From NCBI GenBank assembly GCA_900315095.1, contig OMXS01000018.1:21801-85800 (forward strand): a stretch of 64,000 nucleotides of DNA, read 5' to 3'. The translations under genes and the position numbers were made by a program. The notes under the pieces are model-generated. The model was given only the letters and a program-made list of their open reading frames with translations. It was not told the DNA's origin and made no database searches. Shown here in pieces: positions 1 to 8,168 of this stretch. The DNA comes from an uncultured Prevotellaceae bacterium. GTDB lineage: Bacteria > Bacteroidota > Bacteroidia > Bacteroidales > Bacteroidaceae. How positions within the stretch are numbered: position 1 is the first letter of the stretch; every line of letters starts with the position of its first letter.

Positions 1-1
1 T

Positions 2-817
2 AAAAAAGGTGTCGTCTTAAGGAACGGTGATATTTGGTGTTTTAACGATTTTACCTATTATAAGAGAGAATTGACGGACATTGAATTAGAATTGTGGTTC
101 ACACCTACAAATGTTCATGAATATGTAGAGTTCATATCGCCCAGTGTAATATTTATTTCAGAAGGAGATCATGTGAATATTAATTATAATCCACAGGACA
201 AAAAGGCATTAGAACTGAAATTTCCTCGTAATAAATTGGCAGAAACTATTGATTTATTTTTTGAAGATATATCATATGAACAAATTTTAGATGAAATCAC
301 ACGAAAAGTAGATGAACTTGATATAGATGCTATAATTGATTCATATGAGACTAAATTTAGTCATGAAAGTTTTCAGATGAATTCTGATACTGAAGGTGAA
401 AGATACCGTCTTGACCGAGATGCCATTTATACAGATGAATATCTCGCTAAACTTCTACCTCCTATTCATGACTATTACGATGATAGAACAGCTTGTCACG
501 CACGCTATCCAGACCACACAAATCCTTATAAGAAAAAATATGAATTTGGACAAATCCTGAGCACTTTCGATAAAAAGGAAGGAGATGATTTATTACATTC
601 TTTTCGCGGAACTGGTAACATTTTTAGAGATGCACACAATTTAAAAACTAAAGATGCTGAGGTACGTAAAGAAGCAAGAGAAAAATATAGCAGAAAAGGC
701 CACATGGATTTTTTGGTCAATTGTAGAATCTCGGAAATCATAAATAAAAAGTTGGAAATAGAATCAAGACTTCACATAAAACAAGCAGAAAATGAATCTT
801 ACAATCATAGTAGATGA
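2..817 (+). CDS. Low-GC hypothetical protein, 5'-partial (frame open from window start)
   Basis: ORF track starts at TTG 71, but the same frame is open from position 2 (KKGVVLRNGDIWCFNDF...). AT-rich, acidic, no recognisable motif. Confidence 0.7.
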   Translation, partial: KKGVVLRNGDIWCFNDFTYYKRELTDIELELWFTPTNVHEYVEFISPSVIFISEGDHVNINYNPQDKKALELKFPRNKLAETIDLFFEDISYEQILDEITRKVDELDIDAIIDSYETKFSHESFQMNSDTEGERYRLDRDAIYTDEYLAKLLPPIHDYYDDRTACHARYPDHTNPYKKKYEFGQILSTFDKKEGDDLLHSFRGTGNIFRDAHNLKTKDAEVRKEAREKYSRKGHMDFLVNCRISEIINKKLEIESRLHIKQAENESYNHSR

Positions 818-1214
818 CAGACATACTACATAGGTATCACTATATAGCAATCTCACATAAGGTTTATTCATGTCAATCCTGAATATTTGCCAACCATTTC
901 CTATAGTAAAAAGGGGGCTTGTGTTGGATTAATAATTTAATCACGGTTGACAGCAGAGGAGCCCCAAACTAACATTCAGAGGTAATGCAGATTGTAAGTA
1001 GGTTAATTGTTCCCAAAATGAAGCCCAAAAGCAATGATGGGAACATTAGATGACTAGAGCCATTTGCCAACCAGCATGACTACCACGACATCAGATATGA
1101 AGAATCCCAGGACGAAGAAGAACCAGAAGAACCACTGGGCATAGTGGCCCTAATTGCTTGCTATTTTATCTGGTCAATCTCCCAAACAACGATAGTAGAT
1201 AGGGGTATTAGGCT

Positions 1215-2000
1215 TCACTCGCCTTCAGGTCGGGGGCGGAAGATGTCATCAAGATGTTTCTTTGAGTAATAGGTCCTCCCATATTCTCGCTTGGTGGGAA
1301 TATGACGGCGGTAGGCTTGGGTGCACAAGGATTCCTTGGTCGTGGAATAGAGGGATTCTGCCTCATCCGTTGTTAGCCACTCTGTCAGGGCTTCAATCTC
1401 GGCAGAAACTCCGAAGAGCGCATCCATGTGCTTGCGGCTATAATAGTTCTTGCCAGCAATCTTGCAAATGGGTACTTGGTTATTCTTGGCAGAAGTGTAG
1501 AGCCATGAACGCTTTACTTTGTAAATTGCCATAACATCCTCGCCTGAGATGTATTCAAGAGGCTCGATGTTCTGAACAGAATCCTCTTTTCTCGCTGGCT
1601 TACTTGAAGCACGTCTTTTCAACGAAAGGGAAGAAAGAATCATAGGCTTGTATGTTGGCAATACTCTATGATAAGGATTGCCAGCAAGCATCTTCTCGAT
1701 GTCAGCCTTGCGGATGAAAGCCATACGGTTGCTGATTCGTGATGCAGGGAGTTTACCCTCGTTTACCAACTTGTAAACGTACTGACGGGAGCATCCCATG
1801 AGGATTGCAGCCTTGGAGAATGTAAGATACTCCTGGCTGGCGATGTCTATAACTGGCTGGACTGCCTTCAAAAAGTCCTGCTGTTTCTTCTTGCGCTGAG
1901 CCTTTGCCGCCTCGGCACAGTGTTCTGAACAATACCTCTGCGAGCCGCTGTTACAAGTGAACTCCTTGCCGCAGAAGGCGCATTTTCTTGTCTTTCTCAT
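1215..2000 (-). CDS. Excisionase-like protein: N-terminal CxxC..CxxxC zinc finger plus three HTH_17 (MerR-like) repeats, probably C-terminally truncated
   Basis: CAFCGKEF..YCSEHC; HTH repeats YLTFSKAAILMGCSRQYVYKLV, YISGEDVMAIYKVKRSWLY and WLTTDEAESLYSTTKESL. Ends abruptly at RPRPEGE. Confidence 0.8.
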   Translation of the reverse strand: MRKTRKCAFCGKEFTCNSGSQRYCSEHCAEAAKAQRKKKQQDFLKAVQPVIDIASQEYLTFSKAAILMGCSRQYVYKLVNEGKLPASRISNRMAFIRKADIEKMLAGNPYHRVLPTYKPMILSSLSLKRRASSKPARKEDSVQNIEPLEYISGEDVMAIYKVKRSWLYTSAKNNQVPICKIAGKNYYSRKHMDALFGVSAEIEALTEWLTTDEAESLYSTTKESLCTQAYRRHIPTKREYGRTYYSKKHLDDIFRPRPEGE

Positions 2001-2339
2001 TTGACTCCTTTTAATGTGGTTTTACAATCAATTTCTTGCAAACCGCCACGGAGTGAACTTTCGTCAATCATTGACACCTATTGTCAAATTATTCCACGAT
2101 GTCACGTACTTCAAATGAGGTCACTTCCTTGTTCTTTTCCCTCTCGTTCATCAGTCAACCTTTGTACACACTTGTAAACCCTTGTCAACCCTGTCCACGA
2201 GATGACAAAATAAAAGCCCTCAAAATTCTCCGCGGTAGAAATGCGTTGCAAAGGTAAGCGGATTTTTGAGAACCACCAAAAAGCAAGTCTGAAGTGTTAA
2301 AATCTTTCATTGTTTATAGTTGTTTAGAGGTCTCTAAAT
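1215..2339 (-). mobile_element. Remnant end of a Bacteroidales integrative/mobilizable element (excisionase gene, its promoter region and the element end)
   Basis: Excisionase-like gene with -7 promoter (caaaggta 2249-2256 on +). Abrupt junction with the LRR gene at ~2339/2340. No integrase in the window. Confidence 0.55.
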
Positions 2340-2747
2340 ACAACCTGCAAATGCGAAAGTGCCTATAGATGTTACCGAATTAGGAATTGTTATTGACGTT
2401 AGACCATTACACAAAAAGAAAGCACTACTGCCAATTTCTGTAACTGTATTAGGTATAGTTACGGATGATACACCACTCCAGTAAAATGCTTCACTGCAAA
2501 TTTTAGTTACTGTATATGTTCGGTTTTTATAAATAACCTCAGACGGAATAACAACCGAACCCTGATAACCTGAATTAGAGTCACTTTTGGGTGCTACTGC
2601 GAGTTCGGTTCCATCATTTATATATATATAATAGATGGTTACACCTTCAGAATTTTCAACTGCGATGTCATAGGCGTAAGTTTTTGCTCCTGTAAGGATC
2701 AGAAGGAGCAATAAGAGCATATAACGATAATAATTGTTTGTTTTCAT
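2334..2747 (-). pseudogene. BspA-type leucine-rich-repeat surface protein, truncated after ~3 repeats
   Basis: Signal peptide, YDIAVENSEGVTIYY N-terminal domain and TIPNSVTSIG-AF-GC repeats. The frame stops mid-repeat (FAGC-I-stop), with no C-terminal domain. Confidence 0.8.
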
Positions 2748-2798
2748 GATGTTTTGATGTTTATAGTTAGTGTTTACGTTATTTCAAAGGTATACGAA

Positions 2799-2962
2799 AA
2801 AAAACGTGGACTGTTTACTAAGTCTACGTTCTATCAGGTATCGCCAAACACCATAGCAGCCTAAACTTGTAAAAGCCCACGCCATCTGGCGTGAACCATT
2901 TACTTTATACCATAGGCATATTTTTTAAAAGTTAATACTTACGAATGCAAAGATAAACATTT
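2799..2962 (-). promoter_or_regulatory. Promoter + MPMV uORF + attenuator-like leader, copy A
   Basis: -7 box TATCTTTG (2948-2955) and ATGCCTATGGTATAA (2905-2919). A 64-nt block (2799-2862) ending in a hairpin plus T-tract is 63/64 identical to 10424-10487. Confidence 0.75.
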
Positions 2963-3088
2963 TATTTTATAAGATGTGGTTTTGAAGAAGTTTTTTTCAA
3001 AGAAGAGGAAAAGAAGTACATGATAAGGGGGATTTCTTCCTCTTAGTCGCTCAACCCTTTAGGGGTGCTTGTTCCCGAAGGGTCTCAA

Positions 3089-3189
3089 GAAGGGGGAGTT
3101 GAGGGGGATTGTCTTGTATAGGTCTACTTTATAATGAAACACTAGCTTTACAATCCCCGCCTAGCCTCCCCTTACTAAGGGGCGGAAAT
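3089..3189. repeat. REPIN-like inverted repeat doublet 1
   Basis: Partial left arm AAGGGGGAGTTGAGGGGGATTGT, 37-nt spacer, and 40-nt right arm ACAATCCCCGCCTAGCCTCCCCTTACTAAGGGGCGGAAAT. Confidence 0.85.
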
Positions 3190-3235
3190 GTTGCACCGGT
3201 TAATCATAAGAGATTGATGCAACATCTCTGTACAA

Positions 3236-3274
3236 TTCTCCCCTTTACTAGGGGGCGGAAATACCGCAATCCCC
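3236..3274. repeat. Degenerate REP copy overlapping the DUF559 stop codon
   Basis: TTCTCCCCTTTACTAGGGGGCGGAAATACCGCAATCCCC contains the CCCYTTACTARGGGGCGGAAAT motif. Confidence 0.7.
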
Positions 3275-3676
3275 TATATACATGTCTTTAACATATCCTT
3301 TTATTTGTTGCGGATTCTCTCTAAACCACTTTATACTCTCTGTAATAACCTCAATATTATTGAATACGACATTATTACTAAACCTCACTACGGTGATACC
3401 CTCTTCATTTATGTATTTAGTTCGTTCCATGTCAGCATTATATTGCTCGGAATTGTCATGGGGTTCACCGTCAAGTTCTATGCAGAGCTTTATTTCAGGA
3501 CAGTAAAAGTCCATAATATATGGTCCTATGCTATGTTGCCTGCGGAATCTCAATCCCTCTATTTGTTTGTTTTTCAACACTTTCCATAATGTACTTTCTG
3601 CTGCGGTAGAGTTGTTCCTCAGACTATTTCTTTTGATTTTGGCATCTGCTAGTGTGAAAACTCTTTCTTTTGACAT
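3248..3676 (-). CDS. DUF559 family (Vsr/PD-(D/E)xK-like) endonuclease
   Basis: LRNNSTAAESTLW..FRRQHSIGPYIMDFYC..CIELDGEPH..D.ERT....G..V.RF.N family signature. Confidence 0.9.
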   Translation of the reverse strand: MSKERVFTLADAKIKRNSLRNNSTAAESTLWKVLKNKQIEGLRFRRQHSIGPYIMDFYCPEIKLCIELDGEPHDNSEQYNADMERTKYINEEGITVVRFSNNVVFNNIEVITESIKWFRENPQQIKGYVKDMYIGDCGISAP

Positions 3677-3709
3677 TATTCTTAGCGTTTTAAATTACGT
3701 TTCTATTAT

Positions 3710-3817
3710 ATTTCTCCCTCTTAGTAAGGGGGAGTTGAGGGGGATTGTATTCTGCAAGAATCAGGGACATGTGTTTTACAATCCCCGCCTAACCTCCCCT
3801 TACTAAGGGGCGGAAAT
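3710..3817. repeat. REPIN-like inverted repeat doublet 2
   Basis: Left arm 3710-3748 and right arm 3778-3817 are inverted repeats. The right arm is 39/40 identical to 3150-3189. Confidence 0.9.
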
Positions 3818-3871
3818 GTTCCTGACTTGGTTTTGCTGCTTGGCTTGTCCAAGAACTACTAGACGGAAATA

Positions 3872-6106
3872 TTACACTCTCGTCACTTGCTTCACTCCCT
3901 TCACTGTCCTCAGCTTCTTTATCAATGCTTCCAGACGCTGGGTGTCTTCTACATTTACTGAGAGGGTGCCACTGAAGAGGCCGTCATTACTGTCGATGTT
4001 TATGCTGCGCATCATTATCTTTTCCTCTTTGGAGATGATGCTGGTGATGTTGTTCACTATGCCGATGTCATCATTGCCTATGATACGCAGGGAGGTGCTG
4101 TACTGTGAAGTGCCTTTTCCACTCCATCTTGCCCTCACTATCCTGTATCCAAACCTACGACGCATCTCTGGAGCATTAGGGCAGTCAGTACGATGAATCT
4201 TGATGCCTCCATTCACTCCTACAAAGCCAAACACTGAGTCTCCATAGATAGGGTGGCAGCAACGTGCCAGTTGATAGTCAAGTCCCTTGATGTTCTTGTC
4301 TATCACCAGCTCATCGTCACTTACATGTTCACTCAGTTCATTGGGGTTGTCATAGCTGAACTCCTCTGCACTTCGTGCCTGCATGGCAGTCTGAGTCTGC
4401 AGTTCAGGATTCTTCAGAAGGTTGTATTTCTCTATGATGAGGTTGAGGTCGAGAGTGCCATCAGCTATTTGATGATAGAAGTCTGTGGTCTGCTTGAATC
4501 CCATTTTCTTGATGAGTTGGTTCATCACAGCCTCGTCCATCTCTATCTTCTTGTTCTTCATCCTTCGCTCCATCATCTCCTTTGCCATCAGGCTCTCCTT
4601 CACCTGAGTCTCCTTGAGTGCAAAGCGAATCTTGCTCTTGGCATGACTTGTCTTTACATAGGTGAGCCAGTCACGCTTGGGTTTCTGGTTGTTCGAGGTG
4701 ATAATCTCTATCTGGTCTCCACTCTGCAGTACATGGCGGAAGTTCACTATCTTGTTGTTTATCTTTGCACCAGTACACCTGTTGCCCACATTGGTGTGTA
4801 TCATATATGCAAAGTCGAGCACTGTGGCACCCTTTGGAAGCTTGAAGAGGTCGCCCTTTGGAGAGAAGACATACACCTCATCCTCATAGAGATTCATTCG
4901 GAACTCATCCATCACCTGCATGTCATCACTGTTCTCTATGGCATTGCGGATGTTCTTGAGCCACTCATCCAGTCCACTCTCTCCCTTCACTCCCTTGTAA
5001 CGCCAGTGGGCAGCCACACCTTTCTCTGCCACTTCATCCATTCTCTCAGTGCGTATCTGCACCTCAACCCACTTTCCTTCAGGACCAAGCACCGTGATGT
5101 GCAGACTCTCATAGCCATTGGTCTTTGGCACAGAGAGCCAGTCACGCAGTCTCTTGGGGTTGGGCTGATACATGTCTGTGATGATTGAGAACACCTGCCA
5201 GCACTGTGTTTTCTCCAGGGCATGGAACTTCTTCTCGTCATCCAGTTCAGGAACATCAAGAATGATACGTATTGCAAAGAGGTCATAGATGCCGTTGAAG
5301 CCACACTGTTGTTTCTTCATCTTCTGCCAAATGCTGTGAATGCTCTTGGTGCGGCCCTTCATGTGGTATTTGAACCCTGCAGCGTTAAGTTTCTCTGCAA
5401 TAGGACCTATGAACCTCTCTATATAGGCATCACGGCTCTTCTTTGTGGCATTCAGGTTGTCCTTAATCATGTAGTAGGCATCATGCTCAAGGTATTTCAG
5501 CGAGAGGTCTTCCAGTTCACTCTTCAGCTTGTACAGTCCCAGCTTATGAGCCAGAGGTGCATAGAGATAGCTTGCCTCTTCAGATACACGATGCTTTGCT
5601 TCAATGTTCTCAGCATCACGTATCTGTCTCATGAGGTTCACTCGCTCAGCAATCATAATCAGGATAACCCTCATGTCCTCAGCAAAGGAGAGCAGCAGGT
5701 TACGGAAGTTCTCACTCTCTATGACAGGGTTTTTCTTGTATAGTGTCTGTATCCTCACCAGTCCGTTGATGATGTTTGCCACACCCTCTCCGAAGCTCTC
5801 CTTCACAGCCTCCTTGTCGAACACCTCATTATTATATGAGCAGTAGAGCAGGGTGGCTATGATGGCATCCTTGCCCAGACCTATCTGTTCTGTGCCTAAG
5901 AGTGCTGTCTGCAGACTCTTCACTATGGGGTTCAGCCCGAAGGCATCTCTCTGCAGTTCATCATTGGCATAGGCCTCGTTGAGCCTTCTTATGATGTGTC
6001 TCTTCTCATCCTTGCTCAGCGAGGGACTCATCACTCGTGAGAGACTTCTTACCAGTGCATAAGCCTCATGACGCTCTTCAACAGTGAATATGAAACTCTT
6101 GGTCAT
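3872..6106 (-). CDS. relA: Long RelA/SpoT homolog, (p)ppGpp synthetase with degenerate HD domain, TGS and ACT domains
   Basis: GRTKSIHSIWQKM, YDLFAIRII, PKTNGYESLH, EVQIRT, AAHWRYK, TGS (GATVLDFAY) and C-terminal ACT domain. Confidence 0.9.
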   Translation of the reverse strand: MTKSFIFTVEERHEAYALVRSLSRVMSPSLSKDEKRHIIRRLNEAYANDELQRDAFGLNPIVKSLQTALLGTEQIGLGKDAIIATLLYCSYNNEVFDKEAVKESFGEGVANIINGLVRIQTLYKKNPVIESENFRNLLLSFAEDMRVILIMIAERVNLMRQIRDAENIEAKHRVSEEASYLYAPLAHKLGLYKLKSELEDLSLKYLEHDAYYMIKDNLNATKKSRDAYIERFIGPIAEKLNAAGFKYHMKGRTKSIHSIWQKMKKQQCGFNGIYDLFAIRIILDVPELDDEKKFHALEKTQCWQVFSIITDMYQPNPKRLRDWLSVPKTNGYESLHITVLGPEGKWVEVQIRTERMDEVAEKGVAAHWRYKGVKGESGLDEWLKNIRNAIENSDDMQVMDEFRMNLYEDEVYVFSPKGDLFKLPKGATVLDFAYMIHTNVGNRCTGAKINNKIVNFRHVLQSGDQIEIITSNNQKPKRDWLTYVKTSHAKSKIRFALKETQVKESLMAKEMMERRMKNKKIEMDEAVMNQLIKKMGFKQTTDFYHQIADGTLDLNLIIEKYNLLKNPELQTQTAMQARSAEEFSYDNPNELSEHVSDDELVIDKNIKGLDYQLARCCHPIYGDSVFGFVGVNGGIKIHRTDCPNAPEMRRRFGYRIVRARWSGKGTSQYSTSLRIIGNDDIGIVNNITSIISKEEKIMMRSINIDSNDGLFSGTLSVNVEDTQRLEALIKKLRTVKGVKQVTRV

Positions 6107-6135
6107 ACAGTTTTTATTTTAAAGTAGTTTTTTTA

Positions 6136-6175
6136 GGAAGATAGAGGAAGGTAGAGGAAGATAGAAGGAGATAGA
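6136..6175. repeat. 4 x 10-bp tandem repeat (GGAAGATAGA)
   Basis: ggaagataga ggaaggtaga ggaagataga aggagataga. Confidence 0.8.
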
Positions 6176-6203
6176 GGACATCGCCTTACAGCATATAGCC
6201 ATT

Positions 6204-6350
6204 AACCATCACCCAACACCTAACATCCATCAACCTTCAACCATCACCCATCATCCTTCACCCTTCACCCCTCAACCTTCAACCCTCAACCCTCAACCTT
6301 CAACCCTCAACCTTCATCCTTCACCCCTCATCCTTCACCCCTCACCTCCC
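6204..6350. repeat. 21 x degenerate heptamer tandem repeat (consensus AVCCHTC)
   Basis: aaccatc acccaac acctaac ... aaccttc aaccctc ... acccctc, in register throughout. Confidence 0.9.
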
Positions 6351-6359
6351 TTTTTCTTG

Positions 6360-6418
6360 CAAAGTTATGAAATTTTCCTTCATTTCTTTCTTAATTCAGA
6401 AAAAAGTAACTATATTTG
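6360..6418. promoter_or_regulatory. Divergent Bacteroidetes promoters for relA and the DUF4301 gene
   Basis: -7 boxes TAACTTTG on - (6360-6367) and TATATTTG on + (6411-6418). Confidence 0.65.
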
Positions 6419-6457
6419 CGTGAGTTTTTCAACGTAACTACTAAAAATACCATAATT

Positions 6458-7975
6458 ATGCTATCAAATTCAGACCTTAAACAACTAGCTCAGAAAGGAA
6501 TAACACCTGAGCAAATCGAGAATCAACTGCAAGAGTTTAAAACTGGTTTCCCATTCCTTCGACTGGAGGGACCTGCTGCTGTGGGCAATGGCATCGTGGC
6601 TCCTACAGAGGCTGAGTGTCAGGACTATGTTAAGACATGGAACGACTACAAGGCTGAGGGAAAGAAGATTGTGAAGTTTGTTCCTGCCAGTGGAGCAGCA
6701 AGCCGTATGTTCAAGGACATGTTTGCATTTGTTGATGCTCCCTATGATGTGCCTACAACAGACTTCGAGAAGGAGTATTTCAACAACATTGAGAAGTTCG
6801 CCTTCTACGGTGCTCTGGATGAGGTGTGCAAGAAGAACAATGGCAAGGGAATCAAGGAACTCATTGCTGAGGGCAACTATAAGGCTGTGGCAAAGAACAT
6901 GCTCGACAAGAGTGGACTCAACTATGGTCAACTGCCTAAGGGACTTCTCCTGTTCCACAACTATCCTGAAGGACCACGCACTCCAATGGAGGAACATCTC
7001 GTAGAGGGTGCTCTCTATGCTGAGAGTGGGGCAGAGGCTAATGTTCACTTCACTGTGAGTCATGAACACCTGCAGCTCTTCGAGCAGAAAGTGGCTGACA
7101 AACAGGCTCAGTATGCTCAGAAGTATGGAATAAAGTACAACATCAGCTTCTCTGAGCAGAAACCAAGCACAGACACTGTGGCTGCCAACCCAGACAACAC
7201 TCCTTTCCGTAATGAGGATGGCTCACTATTGTTCCGTCCAGGTGGACATGGAGCACTCATCGAGAACCTCAATGAAATCTCTGCCGATGTAGTGTTCATC
7301 AAGAACATTGACAATGTGGTGCCAGACCGTCTGAAGCCTGAGACAGTGACATACAAACAGGTAATCGCAGGTATCTTGGTTGCTCTTCAGAAGAAAGTGT
7401 TCCACTATCTTGAGGTGCTTGAGAGCGGTGCCTACAGTCATGAGACTCTTGAGGAGATCATCCGCTTTGTAAAGAATGACCTCTGCTGCAAGAAGAATGA
7501 CATCAAGGAACTTGAAGATGCCGAGCTGGTAATCTTCCTCAAGGAGAAACTCAACCGTCCTATCCGTGTTTGTGGAGTGGTTAAGAATGTGGGTGAACCA
7601 GGTGGTGGACCATTCCTCACATACAACCAGGATGGCACTGTCAGCCTGCAGATACTTGAGAGCAGTCAGATAGACAAGAACAATGAGGAGTACATGCGCA
7701 TGTTCAAAGAGGGAACACACTTCAACCCCGTTGACCTCGTTTGTGCCATCAAGGACTACAAGGGAAAGCCATTCAACCTGCCTGAGTATGTCGACAAGAC
7801 CACAGGCTTCATCAGCAGCAAGAGTAAGAACGGCAAGGAACTCAAGGCCCTTGAGCTGCCAGGACTGTGGAATGGTGCTATGAGCAACTGGAACACCATC
7901 TTCGTAGAGGTTCCCCTTGGCACCTTCAACCCCGTGAAGACAGTCAATGACCTGCTTCGTGAACAGCATCAGTAA
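6458..7975 (+). CDS. DUF4301 family protein (UDP-sugar pyrophosphorylase-like motifs)
   Basis: KFVPASGAASRMFK, FRPGGHGALIENL, FIKNIDNV, GEPGGGPF, THFNPVDLVC, KALELPGLWNGAM. Start moved to ATG 6458, downstream of the promoter. Confidence 0.9.
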   Translation: MLSNSDLKQLAQKGITPEQIENQLQEFKTGFPFLRLEGPAAVGNGIVAPTEAECQDYVKTWNDYKAEGKKIVKFVPASGAASRMFKDMFAFVDAPYDVPTTDFEKEYFNNIEKFAFYGALDEVCKKNNGKGIKELIAEGNYKAVAKNMLDKSGLNYGQLPKGLLLFHNYPEGPRTPMEEHLVEGALYAESGAEANVHFTVSHEHLQLFEQKVADKQAQYAQKYGIKYNISFSEQKPSTDTVAANPDNTPFRNEDGSLLFRPGGHGALIENLNEISADVVFIKNIDNVVPDRLKPETVTYKQVIAGILVALQKKVFHYLEVLESGAYSHETLEEIIRFVKNDLCCKKNDIKELEDAELVIFLKEKLNRPIRVCGVVKNVGEPGGGPFLTYNQDGTVSLQILESSQIDKNNEEYMRMFKEGTHFNPVDLVCAIKDYKGKPFNLPEYVDKTTGFISSKSKNGKELKALELPGLWNGAMSNWNTIFVEVPLGTFNPVKTVNDLLREQHQ

Positions 7976-8056
7976 AGAACAATCTCTGCCACCTATTGCC
8001 AAAACTCCCTTTCTGTTAGGGTGCGGGTAGGGCAGAGCAAAATATTCATCCACATT

Positions 8057-8093
8057 GAAGACTGAGGACATTGTTCTTCAGTCTTCTTTGTTT
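8057..8093 (+). terminator. Intrinsic terminator hairpin between convergent genes
   Basis: GAAGACTGAGGAC-ATT-GTTCTTCAGTCTTC followed by T-rich tail. Confidence 0.75.
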
Positions 8094-8168
8094 ATTATCT
8101 ATATTCGTTATTTGCAAAAACTATAATCTAATAATATACCATACCATGTTGACGATAACCTGATAAAG

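Noticed and set aside
980-1214. Hydrophobic coding-like fragments on the - strand downstream of the excisionase
   Set aside because: Broken by stops and frame changes with no recognisable family. May be a decayed membrane-protein gene but cannot be supported.
3109-4196. Small ORFs 3109-3291, 3282-3506, 3305-3589, 3528-3806, 3816-4196
   Set aside because: Translations of REP repeats, or antisense to DUF559 or relA.
4253-5743. Long + strand ORFs (4253-5188, 5222-5743) opposite relA
   Set aside because: Antisense shadows of a well-supported gene, with no motifs.
7984-8036. GC-rich hairpin after DUF4301 as a riboswitch or REP copy
   Set aside because: No match to the REP arm or to a riboswitch core that I can recognise; likely a 3' stabilising stem.
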